DNA of 64,000 nucleotides, taken from assembly GCA_012295275.1 (NCBI GenBank), contig CM022665.1, positions 9,052,001-9,116,000 of the forward strand, given 5' to 3'. Position numbers and translations under genes: made by a program. Under the pieces are notes generated by a model. The model was not told where the DNA came from, did not search any database, and saw only the letters and a program-made list of their open reading frames with translations. The DNA comes from Chrysomallon squamiferum (taxonomy: Eukaryota; Animalia; Mollusca). Shown here one piece after another: positions 25,751 through 38,267 of this stretch (position 1 is its first letter; each line of letters starts with the position of its first letter).

Positions 25751-28700
25751 TCGCATCAGGGATGGGAGATAAATTAACACGGAATTCAAGAAACGTTTAA
25801 TCTGCAGTTATGGCTACGGATAATACAAACAAAGATGGGAAATCTGATTCAAAATAATAGCTTCTCTCAAATAAAGACAAGAGAAATTTTATACGCACCC
25901 TTCTATACGCAATATGTCTACATCATTCTCTGATAAACCAGCCGTGCGCCCCATGAATTGAATATACAATAAGAAGAGTTCTAACTGTTGTCTACAGCTA
26001 TAAACCAAACGCGACAACAGAAATTATTAAATTATCTCTGGATAATGAACACATAGCTGACGTCTTGTTCAGAACATTAATATATTTGCTACATACACGA
26101 GATTTGTTAAAAAACAAAAAAACAAAACAAACAACAACAACAAACAAACAAAATCAACAACAACATGGTATTTGTTAAAAAAAAAATATGGTATCTGCTA
26201 CAGAGAACAATTTCCTGATAGCAGAAACGTATTGAGTTGGGTGAAAGACAACAAGCTGATACGCGCTATGGATATTATCTCCTAGTCACCAACATCCAGA
26301 CAGATAATTACGATTCTGTTTTCTCTTTCTTTGAATGCAGTTGTCATTTTATGATTAATATTCATTGAATGAGATATGCCGAGCATCGATGCAATTATTT
26401 AATCAGGTGAATAAACTCTCAGGCTTGTTATCTCTTATTTAGATAATGAATGTTCTCTTTTGAGGACCGCTCGTCTTCCTGCTTGCATTTACAAGATGAC
26501 ATCGTTTGGCATAAAGTGGGTACAAGAGTGTTGGATAACCGTATTGACATAGACAAACTTCCGTAGTGAAATGTCACTTTTATTTTCAGTTCAGCGCAGT
26601 TCTACACAAGAGTTGACAAGTCGATAAGTATAAAACTGGCTTCAGACAGTTTTGATCGAGTTCAACACTTTCTAAAATATATACTGGAATCGGTTATCAT
26701 CTTTTCAACTAATCCTATATTTTGATTAGTATTGAAATCTTTTCAAACAGTTTGTCCTAAACCTAAAAACCATATTATACTTGTAATGACTAATACATTA
26801 TTTTACTTTGATTTATGTTTAGTATTATGTTAAAAACAGAAATGTATTTAAAATATAAATCACACTTCTTAAAGTTGCATACTGAAAACGATGTAGATTA
26901 TTTTCAAATCTCTTAATTGTGTAATGAAACCAGCTCCGTAGGGAACAGGGTTTTTTTTAAGATTAAATGCAAAACTCTACACTCCTTAATTTATTTTAAC
27001 TGGAAATATCTAAAAGCGTCCAAATACTAATTTAGAATAGCACGAAGTTTACGTCAACGAAACCGATGCTGATAACTGATAAACAGTTGGGAATTAATGA
27101 TTAAAAACATTGCAGCCTACAGTGTAACTGAACTAAACACCTTCACATCATTACATATCTTTAAAAAAATTAGAAATAAAGTAAAATGTATGCACCTCTT
27201 TTAAAACAGTGTCAAATGTATCAGATGTTAAATCTAATTATATTTTTTTGAGAATAAGGATTATCTGACTATTGAAGTTCACAAATAAAACAAACGTATT
27301 TCTTTCATTATGAAAAACAGACTTCATTCTCTTGTAAATGCTACTGGTCTTGTGTTCAGTTATAGATAAGATTAACCAAAACAGCAGTGATGTATTAGTG
27401 TTGAAGATTTATTTTCTGTTTCAAGTTCAATAATTAGAAAGATATAAAGGTACTAACTTCCAATAAACAAAAACTAAAAGTGGAATATAAATTTCTTACG
27501 TCATTATGAAGCGCTTGTTTATTTTTTCATTGAAAAAACTGTACTGTCTTAAAATAAGTTCATTTATTTATTTATTTAATTATATTCTAATTTTCTAGAA
27601 ACCTTTTGTGTAACCGTTTCCTAAAAATTACAATAAAATTTATCACATTTCATTCCACCAAAACAGTTTCAACAAATCAGTATAACTAATGCATCCGCCA
27701 TACTTATTTTTAAGCGATCAACGACAATGTTAAAATAAACACAGAACTAATAAGCCCTGGAAACACAAATTATTCAATTATTTTCTATTTTTATCGTGTT
27801 ACTAATACAAGAAACTAAAAGTAAGCAACAAATTATTTTAAGTCGTATATATAAACGATTAATTAACAGGTTTTACATATGCCTTCAGTTTAGTAATAAT
27901 TAAAGTACATGTATCTATACTATTTTACAAACTGTAAACATGATATTTATACTATTTCACATTTCCATATTTCTTTGGTTTTCAAACATGAGTATAATTC
28001 ATCAGAAATATGAAGCGAAAGAAGTATTTAACTAAACGACAATTAAGTTGGTGACAGAGATACATTCATTACATGATAAATGTTATATTTAATAAACTCC
28101 AGTGTGAGGATAAGAAAGGAAAAACATTTCTTTTTCATTAGCATTTTGTCCCACGGAGTAAATACAAACAAGTTTTTAATAATCGGTAATCTACGGTAAA
28201 AATCAAACACTTGATATACCGGAACTTAAACCAACTCTTTAGCGTCGAACTACGTTCAGTTCACAAATAAGTTCCATAACTGGTTATGAAAACAGACTCT
28301 GGTATCGTTAAATCTTGACTGTGTTATTTCTATCACTGGAATTGATTATATTTGCATTTCGCGATATAAACATGGTTTAGTGCAAGAAAACCCCTCAAAG
28401 AGCAATCTTTAAGACTTATTATCTAAGAAGAGAATTGCTGAAATAATTTTCTCTCCGGCGTCGTCATACACTGTACGAGGAAGAAGTGATTACGATAATG
28501 ATACAGAATCCCAATAAATATCAATTTTTTGAAAACATCGCCACAAACAGGATATACTTCGATGATATCTTTCATCTGGACTTTATATGATAATCGATCA
28601 GGGACACAATGTTTGCGGTAATTTTCCTGTATTGTCCAGAGAGGACGTCATGAAGCTCCATTACTGGTCTCAAATTTGACAAGAGTTTTCAAGCAGGATA

Positions 28701-29489
28701 CTTCTCTTACTATATCCATGACACTTGTAACAATATTTATGTAGCAAACAAATCACAGCATCCGTACGAATGCGGAGATAGGTTAGAAGCAGCAGGATAT
28801 GACATTTTCTGTGAGGTTAACAAGGCAAAATCGTACCCATAGGAATCGTTTTGAAACAGACATGTTGTTACAGTTTGACGTTGCCCATTCCCTCATTAAT
28901 AATCTTTGGTTTGAAATAAAAACACGTACGCAATATACTTTGTCCGCAGTCTTGTTATGAATTATGAAATAATATCAGAAACCTATTTTTCACTGTAAAA
29001 TGAAGTTTATCTAAATGTTTTCTTAGTCGCATCTGCTGCTCAAATTATTATTTAGGGTGAAAAATATGTAGGTGTTTATATAACTGTATAGGTAAACTAT
29101 TCCTTGTCCAAAATCCTTGGTAATATAACATAATAGTCTACAGGGTATCAACTTTCGACGAAAACATTCAAACATACACAAATGAAAATTACTCTTAAAC
29201 AAATAGTCGATCTATGTGTGTGTTTGCATCTGCATCTAAGTCAATTACAAATTATATTATGACTGCTTTAAAAAAGAAGAAGAGTTTTGCTTTGTTTTCA
29301 CTATCTTATTATCACAAAATAATGTAAGTGATATTTAGAATTAATAATTTTTAAAGCAGTGCGTCTTCCAGCGTTAAAACAACATTAATTACCTCCCCTG
29401 TTTATTTATTCCGTTTTATGGCAGTTGTAAAATTAATTTATTTTAGTATGTTTCATTTAATTTATCAACGGCTAATGTCAATAAATAAC

Positions 29490-29689
29490 TTTACTATCAT
29501 TATATCGACAGTTACTATTACTATTATCATTACAGCCATCAACACTACCATCACCACTACTAACAACACCGTCACAACTTTTACTCTGACGACTACTACC
29601 ACTACGACTAGGACTACAACTACTACTGCTACTACTGTTATTATCATCATCATCGTCATTGTTGTTGCTGCTGTTTTTATTATTATTAT

Positions 29690-29720
<31 letters not shown>

Positions 29721-29785
29721 AAGACGAAAATGAAAAATAGGATTTTGATAAAAATGATTATGGTGATAATAATAATGATAATCAA
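29490..29785. repeat. Compound trinucleotide low-complexity tract (ACT/ATC/GTT/ATT/AAG)
   Basis: Read directly. It accounts for the spurious low-complexity ORFs 29418-29837 and 29465-29785. Confidence 0.85.
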
Positions 29786-30661
29786 AATGGTACCGGAAGA
29801 AGAAAAACGGACATCTTCTAACTCAGCAGAAAGTTAATAGCTTCGTATGATGTCGTTCATTTAAATGGATAAATGAAATCATTAATAATTTATAAAAGGC
29901 CTTGAAATCAACTTTTGAGAGTATCGAGCCGCGGTACGGGATAAGTGTGCCTGAATAGACCTAGTAATGCGAATGATACGTGTGTTTGCCCACTTACCTT
30001 AAACAGGTTACGTCGCCATAATTAGAGTAATTGGATTGACTGTCGCCGCAGTAATTTAATATTTGTAAACGTATCACCAGGAACACGTTTTGCCATTACC
30101 TTTAATAAAGACACCCACGAGACCGACTAGTTTAGTATGACTATTATTTAAAGGCCACGTTCAGTGGCTGGTTCTTGTTAAACAATGTATGTTATCAGAT
30201 GTCTGCTGTGATTACCTCAAATATGATAATAAGGAACTTAAAAGATGCGAGTTGAATCTAAATGATAAATTTCTTCCGTCTACTGTAATGAGATTATTTT
30301 GTTGTTGTTTTTTCGCCTGGATTAGAAGTCCATGATTATATATCAGCAAAAGTAAAACAAAAACAAAATACACTGCAGGAACAATACATACTATTAGTGG
30401 TTAATTTAATTCGTAAACTATTTATTGCTGAACAAACAGTTTCATGACTTAAATGTCATATGTCAAGGTTACTGAATTAGACGATAAGTTTGTACGGACG
30501 ATGGAATGAGGGTAAAAGATATGTGTGTTACTATGCTTTGTATTCTCTGTTATTTCTGTGAAGAATTTCACTTCAGATTTGTTTGCAAACAAGTAAAAGT
30601 AACTTGAGAAAATAAACAGTTAATCACATGTTAACTGTTAGTTATTAGATACCAAACAGGT

Positions 30662-30840
30662 GAAATCGTTGCAAGGAATCTTTAATATGCGCTTTCATAT
30701 AAACAGGGGAATATAGAGAGCAGATTTTCAAACAGTACCTACGGAGTACTGATTAGAACAGGAAATAAGTAAACCAAGAACTGATCCTGCGACCCATTTT
30801 TTCAAGCGGCCCCTCTACCACAGAGGTAGAATCCATTCCC
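30662..30840 (-). mobile_element. Decayed SINE including a tRNA-like head
   Basis: The reverse complement starts GGGAATGGATTCTACCTCTGTGGTAGAGGGGCCGCTTG...GGGTCGCAGGATCAGTTC (A-box/B-box-like). The plus-strand body GCAAGGAATCTTTAATATGCGCTTTC...ACAGG resembles the other SINE fragments. Confidence 0.5.
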
Positions 30841-32810
30841 TAGTAACGTTAGAGAGGCGACGTCTTGAAGGAATATCTCATTTTATAATTCCAGTTAGAG
30901 ATATCCAGTGCACTATACTTATTCCATGCCTTGATAGTTGTAACCAAAAAGATTATATAGCACGTCCTGCAGAGATGTAACTGATAACGGCAGTCTGTCA
31001 AGTAATAACTGAAGAAAAGATCTGTATAAACAGCTAATTATAGCTGTACAGAATTGTCGGGTTCTTGAAAAGGTTTACTTGACATTTTAAAAGTGAAGTA
31101 AATATGATTTAAAAATGTTATTGTGCAGTTTTGTTTTGAAATCAATTTTTCCTTGTCTTTCTTTCAGTTTTTAATGGTCGAACAGATTATTTCCGTATAA
31201 TTTTCTGAACATATATCCAGATAGTTTTTCATTCATTTTGATATAATTAAATATCTACGTGAATAACAAGTTCTTTCAGAAAAAATGGCTAGCAGAAAGA
31301 TTAAAATGTTTTCTCGATCGCTTCCTACGTGCTTTTTAGTGACCCATAAAAAAAAAAGAAACATGCTCATAACTATGATTTTGAATATTTTAATGTCTCC
31401 TCAGCTTGCAATTTATCGAATAAAATTCTTCAGTGACACAAACACCGAACTACACATGCATTCCCTCACACAAACACACTCTCTGATATTCATATACACA
31501 CATAGCTTACAAATATTTCAAATGAAGGGAACATGATTTAGGCAAGAACTGAACAAGAATTTAGGCTAGTATTAAATATCTCATTTAGAATTTGGAAATT
31601 TACTGAATAGTTGTTATTAAATCAGATTTCGTCCAAAGCTTTAAAGAAACATCTAAAGACTATTTTGAAAACTTAAAATACTTTTCTTAACAAAAATATA
31701 CCTTTCTATTCTGCTTAGAATAGCTAACATACTTTTGTAATTTGGGGTAAACTAATTTCTAGATGTCTGACGATAAACCTAATTAATTAAAACTATCATC
31801 ATATTAGCGTTCTGCATTAGCAATAATTGCAGAAGAGACAGTATAGTATCATCAATGAATATATACATTTATACAGATACACAGATACACGCGCACGCGC
31901 ACAAGCGCACACACACACGCATACATTTATAAAACGTATCAGAAGAAATCTGTTATGAATTTTTAAAAATAAAAAATGTTATAATCTAAAGAAATGATAA
32001 CATTTATTGTCTTCTAAATTACTAAACCAAATCTTTGTAATACCCAAGTAATACATATTCATTATAGTCGTTTACACTACTTTGCGCTGAAATTAATTTT
32101 AAAGATTTTAACAAATTTTAAAATCCAGGAGGCCCTTCAGATAGATGATTTGCCAGTGATACAATACATAATTAAATGAAATAGTAAGAAGCATATGGAT
32201 TCAAAATCAGTCCTGCACGTGACTTCATTTTACTTCTTGAGAACACCTAATTGTTAGACAAATGCAACTAGCGTTAACAATTTTCTTTTGCTGTATCAAA
32301 ACCCTAATGATTTTACATTTACTATTTATTCTATATATAGAAAAAAAGATTTGTTGAAAGAAATAGTCAATAACCAAAAATAATTTTAAAAAAATAAGAA
32401 GAAGATCAAGACATTTGGAATTCTGTAAAACTCATTGGTTTAAAAACATTTTCAACCATTAAATTTAAATTGTGGATATTTCTATAATGATGAAATTTCA
32501 AACTTGATAGTCGAATTATTAGATTGGTAACAGAAACTTGGTGGGTTTTAAGTAAGCAATACTAGGGCACTGAAACCAGAAACCAAAATGCCTTTCTAAA
32601 ACACGTTGTATGTTACCCTGTTAGAAAATTAGGTGAATCATTTATGTAGTCAGGATAAACCAGCCGTTATTAACCACTGAATACGTGAGACTACCAGCAA
32701 ACAAACTAATTCCTGTCACATTTGACTTCACCGTGGTGTAGGAACTTTCAGTGATTGTAAGAAATACTGTTTATATGCTTCTCTGTTATACATATCAAAG
32801 TATGTATAAA

Positions 32811-33126
32811 TTACAGAAATAATGTACTTTAGCAGAAGTTCTAAACAACTGTATTACTTACAGAAATTATGTATTTCACCAGAAGTTCTAAATAGTTATA
32901 TTAGTTACAGAAATAGTGTACTTCACCAGAAGTTTTAAATAGTTATATTAGTTACAGCAATAATGTACTTCACCAAAAGCTTTAAACAGTTATATTACAG
33001 GACTTATATATTTCACCAGAAGTTCTAAATAATTATACTACTTACAGAAATAATGTACTTTAGCAGAAGTTCTAAACAGTTATATTAGTTACAAAGATAG
33101 AAATAATGTACTTCAGACAAGTTCTG
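32811..33126. repeat. 47-bp minisatellite, about 6.5 copies
   Basis: Consensus TTACAGAAATAATGTACTTCACCAGAAGTTCTAAATAGTTATATTAG, with copies starting at 32811, 32858, 32905, 32952, 32995, 33042 and 33089. Confidence 0.92.
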
Positions 33127-36100
33127 AAAAATGTTCTTTTTTTTTTTTTTTTTTTTCTTTCTTTTTATTACTGCTGAATCCATTGTCGATTTTCTTGAAG
33201 CATTCTCTTGAATTATCCGTGCACGTTTTGGAAGATAAAATGATGAATACGCAGAAGCATTTAACACCTATGGAAACTAACCTTCATAACAAAGTCTATC
33301 ATCGCACTGATCTGCTAACAACTCAATGTAATCAGTTGACAGTCATTAAGACAAGAGCAATGCTACGTTAGGTTTGATCACAAAGCGCGATAAGGTTTGT
33401 TTCAACAGGAAAACAAGAGGCTCTCCGACTACAGGAATGTCTTATGGCTCATTTTAATGAAAGGCATCTGGCGTTTCACCCATCTGGTCCAGTCGGTAAA
33501 CAGCTGGACAAAAACAAAGCAAAGCAGAACCGCAGTTGTTGGTGTTTGGTCATGGGGTTTGAGTGTGAACATTAGATTTTGTATATAATTCAGTGTTTTT
33601 ATTATGTATTGATATTTGCCTTTACTCTGAAAATATCTATGAAATATAATATAAATATTCTAGATCAAGAGCGAAGGTTGATACCAAAATACTTTCTATC
33701 ATAATTCTTAATTTTTATTATTATTATTATTATTTGTATTATTTTTAATGATACATTACTAATAAATTCTTTATAATAACTGGTTGTTAACTAAATGGGA
33801 TATAAATCCTAAGTTGAGCAGATGTCTTACTTCAAGTGGATTTCATATTTCTGTAAAGTCACAGACTTTTTAGAAACTGCAGTTAATATTTCCTGTGAAA
33901 GAGCCTTTTAACAAATATTGTATTGGTGTTTACCAGGCTTCTTAAATACAGCTGTCTGGTTAACCCATTAAACAAAAAAAAAATATTTTTTTTAAATGCT
34001 CTTTAAGTACATTTTGAACAATATATAAAAAAAGTTAAAATAAAAATAGTTGATCTATCAGTTAAACAGTTAGAAAGTAAGCGACATTCGCTGAATGAAC
34101 GTCCGATACCGACAATAACAAAAACAATTGGATAAAACCGGCAGATAATCCTTTATACTTAAACTGCTTCATTAATCAACAAGCGGATACGGTGATGCAT
34201 TAAAATGTGCAAATAACATGCAGTTAATTTATATGATAATAAGCTGTATCATTTATCAAAGCAGCAGAACAAACAGATACAATTACTTACGGTTGCCTTG
34301 CCTTTCTCTGTGTTGCATACACGGCAGGAACGACTGGTCGTTTGCTTTGTGAGTCCACCACCAGGTGCTGTCTCCCGCGATTTTCTAGGGAGGCCGAAGA
34401 AAGCGCGTATAGAGATTTTCAACGCATTTCCAGACGATATAATTATATTTATTTTGTTTATTATGCGTGGGAAGACGTTATGGTCTTTTAAATGCATCAT
34501 TTTCCCAGGCATTGGAATGTTTATATGCTGCCTGTTTAAGTCGGTTACAATCTACCACAAAGAATTTTTAAGATGTAACTTGATACTGGAATTTTATACT
34601 GGTATCAAAACAAAGTACACAGGTCTTCGAATTTGGTTGTGTTAATCACATCTCCAGACTAAGACTTTTTGTTTTTAAATCAGTATAATAATACTATTCT
34701 TATATCTATATCTATATATATATTTACAAAGAGGTCGGAATGGAGCAATTTATTTACGTTGTATTTGTTGTTTTGCTAACTATTATATGTTTGTTGGTTG
34801 TTGTTTGTATTATTTTGGGGTTTTTTGGTTGTTTCTTTTTGTTTTTCTTTCTTTCTTTTTTGTTTGTTTGTTTTTTTGTTGTTGTTTTGTTTGTTGTTGT
34901 TGTTGTTGTTGTTTTTATAATGAAAATCAGTTCATTTTGAAAGTTAAGTCTTCCTAACACAATGACTGCACCCTCACCCTTCTTTGTCGGCCTTCCAAAA
35001 GTTATTTCTACATCTGAAACCACGATCAAATGCATAAATAGTTACTTCATAGATAAAACAGCAATAAAAAATGTTGAGATGATTATCAGAGAGTAACCAG
35101 ACTGGCTAAAATGTTAGCACATTATAGAAATGTTCGCGCTAAATAGTTTAACCAGATTTAATACTTTACGGCGCTGCATAATAACCTTAATGTTCAATAC
35201 GGCAGGGGAATTTTTATTGATTTAAAATATTTCCTTCTTTTTTTTCACAAAATACTGACACAAAATAATTTCTGGACATTATAAGCTCAGCAGTATTTCT
35301 TGACGTTATTATTTGTTTTCTTCAAAATTGTTGTTTATTGAAAAATCGGGGTTTTTAGATTTCTTTTTTGTATATATTATCAAAATATATTGTATAACTC
35401 ATTGATATCAGTTTATCTTTGTTTTTCTTTAATTGTTTTAGCTCCAATCTAAATAAAATTCCATTTACTGTAACCTTCATATAAACATATAAATACACAT
35501 ATTCACGATGCAACAAAAATGTATACTCATTCACTACCACACACACACACACATACATACATACATAAAAGAATACATATACAAATTTAATGCACGATAC
35601 AAATTTATATATCTAATTAAAAGAGAAAATAAAAATGTCCAGCGATTAACCAGTAAGTTACAGCATCCTTTCCAACGTGTATACCATAGTGCTGAAATGT
35701 TAAATGATTAAAAAAAAAACTTTCGTTAAATATGTATGGTAACATGCTTAATACCAGTAATATATACAACAGTTTACATAACAAAATTACTTTAAAAAAA
35801 AACGATAGAACATTATTTTATCATATTTATATAATTAACACTAAATTACAGGAGTCTTTATAACATAAGACAGGAAGTGTTTTTCATACAAAATAAACAC
35901 TATAAAACTCTATTTCGAAAGCCAAGTGATAGCTGGCTGTAAATGACTGACCTCTCTAGTTATTTCCCGTTTCAGAGCTCCACAATATCACACCAAAAGC
36001 TGTTGTTTGAATATCTTCTCGAAACCAGGAAAATAATAAAAATTAATATACAAAGGATCAACAGATGGTTTCGTCTCTGATTTTTTTTTTTTTTTTTTTT

Positions 36101-38131
36101 TTTTGATACAATAACATGAAATCTCAAGACCCACAACGCAGTCAAAAGCGCGCTTTTTGGTACAATTATCACTGGCAGATGAGCGTTATTTATGCACATT
36201 GTCAATTAATGAGAGTCAGTATGCTTTTAAAATAAACTGAAAAATGTTTAAGTGAATTGAAGTGGAAATTAAACGAATATATATATATACATACATGCAT
36301 TTATATATTTTTACCAATAAAGGAAAACGTTTGAATAATGTCTACAAAATTAGTTAAACGCAGATTGCAAGTTATAATTAATCAAAGATGAATGAATGGC
36401 ATGTTTAGAGACACACCAACACAAAGACAATTATCGGGTTCTGGACGGCAGGAAGATGGTAAGACGTAATTAAAATACTTTCTGAAGCAATTTCAAGTCC
36501 ATTACAAACAAAATGTCGCGGTCGACAGATCGAACGTATCAGTAAGCTTTGCGTTGACGTCATAGTCTAGTTTATTGAAAATCACTTAATTCCAGATAAG
36601 CACCGTTAAACAGTGACCAGATAAAATGGTAATTACTTGCTGTTATTTTGACAGACAGTAATTATTGTAAATAACTGGTTAGATCATTATTAATTTCTTT
36701 TCCTTTTTATCCTGTGAAATATAAAAATGATGTGTCTGTTGTTGTTACAAACTGTTTTCTTTTCTTGTTGTTTGTTTTATTTATGTTTTTTTGTTTTTTT
36801 AATATAATTACTTTATTTGATTTAGGTAAATGAACATGCACACACTGTAATATTTGCGATTTAGTCATTCTGCTTATCTTCCAGATATTTAATAATAATA
36901 ATAATAATAACGATAACGATGATGATAATGATAGTGTAATACTTTTGCCTCCTGCAGTAATTTCAGTTAGTAGTTTGTCCTTCCATTTATTAATCATCAA
37001 GAAGTAATGAATTATTTTAATCATTTACTAGCATATTTCATTTATTATTATAATTATTATTATTATTATTTGATATTACATTCTCATCATGTGTTGCAGA
37101 GGTTCTGATTCAAATTCAAATTAAGTAATTCAGAAGTTTATCTCTTTTATTATTAATTGCAGCAGATTTGTCTTTTCTGAAAACCATTATGTATGTGGTT
37201 GTATGTGTATCAGTGGAGTTGTTTCAGTTCCATCCAGAGTAAAAATGTATTCACATGATAAAATAAACGATAAAATACCATTATCATCATCTTCTTCTTC
37301 ATCATCATCATCGCTGTTGTTGTTATTATATGATTAATGCAACAAGCTTTTCCAATTAATTAGAATCATTAAATAGATGAAACAGTAAATAATCCTTTGC
37401 AAACTGCTAAGACATTTTATTATGAGATAGATAAAGTATAATAAGGTCAAGCACTGGTATATTGTGTGTAAGTAATATATAATGTTACAAATAACATAAC
37501 AAACGATATAATTTGTATACAGAGACCTATCTGATGGAAATGTGTTCAAAACAATGAACTTGTTATATGGTTTGAAATGATCGCAACAATTAAGTAATTT
37601 ATTGTCTTATTTTATATTTTTATATATTTCTTTTCTTTATTTATTAGTGCGCTTAATTATTTTAGTTGTGAATTACTTTTAAAACAGCAATAAAAGCAAC
37701 AACAACAACACTAATTTGCAAAAGACGAAACATGCCTAAGTACAATTAGACATCAAATTGCTCTGTTCTTTTAAAATTCATTGCACGATACCAACACATT
37801 TTTATCAATAGTTCATTAAATTAAAAGTTTAAATTGTGGAATTTTTTTTTTTTTTTTTTTTAATTACTATGATTGATGCCTTGGAACATATAACTTCAGA
37901 TATAGGGGACAATTGAGATGTAAATCCTACACGTGTAAGTGTAACACATAAGTGCTATCCATAAACAATGCTAACGTAATAGTCAGTAGCTGTTTAAAAT
38001 CTGAAATGTTATTTCAATACAGTTAATGCTTTATTTGTGCCATTTTTGACGCAACATGCACAGTCAATTTGTTTCATAGCTTTTGACTTCAGTGCACCGT
38101 TATTTGAAGGAAAATACGTCAGAAGATAGCG

Positions 38132-38267
38132 ATGGCGGACATGTCAACGTTTCCTGACAAATCGCAGGGGCAGTTTACTGTTGATTTGACAAAGGTCGAA
38201 TCGCAGCAAACCTCGAACATGTACATGTCGTCAAAAGATGAATTTCAATTTGTCTCATCTGACACAG
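38132..38267 (+). CDS. YIPF4: YIPF4 (Yip1 domain family member 4) exon 1
   Basis: ATG in good context (GCGATGG). Encodes MADMSTFPDK...KDEFQFVSSDT, matching the human YIPF4 N-terminal DFTFVSS motif. Donor G|gtatat, phase 1, compatible with exon 2. Confidence 0.85.

Noticed and set aside
29418-29837. 139-aa and 106-aa overlapping ORFs
   Set aside because: They are translations of compound trinucleotide microsatellites (poly-T/I/K/V/F). The same applies to 23463-23783 and 34740-35035.
30199-30250. Plus-strand DVCCDYLKYDNKELKRC as an A-chain partner for the 28.7-kb B-chain-like frame
   Set aside because: The third Cys is missing, the EL..YC register is wrong and there is no preceding KR; consistent with chance.
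32811-33126. 47-bp (and the 45-bp at 5 kb) periodic repeats as CRISPR-like arrays
   Set aside because: The whole unit is repeated with scattered substitutions; there is no constant repeat plus unique spacer structure.
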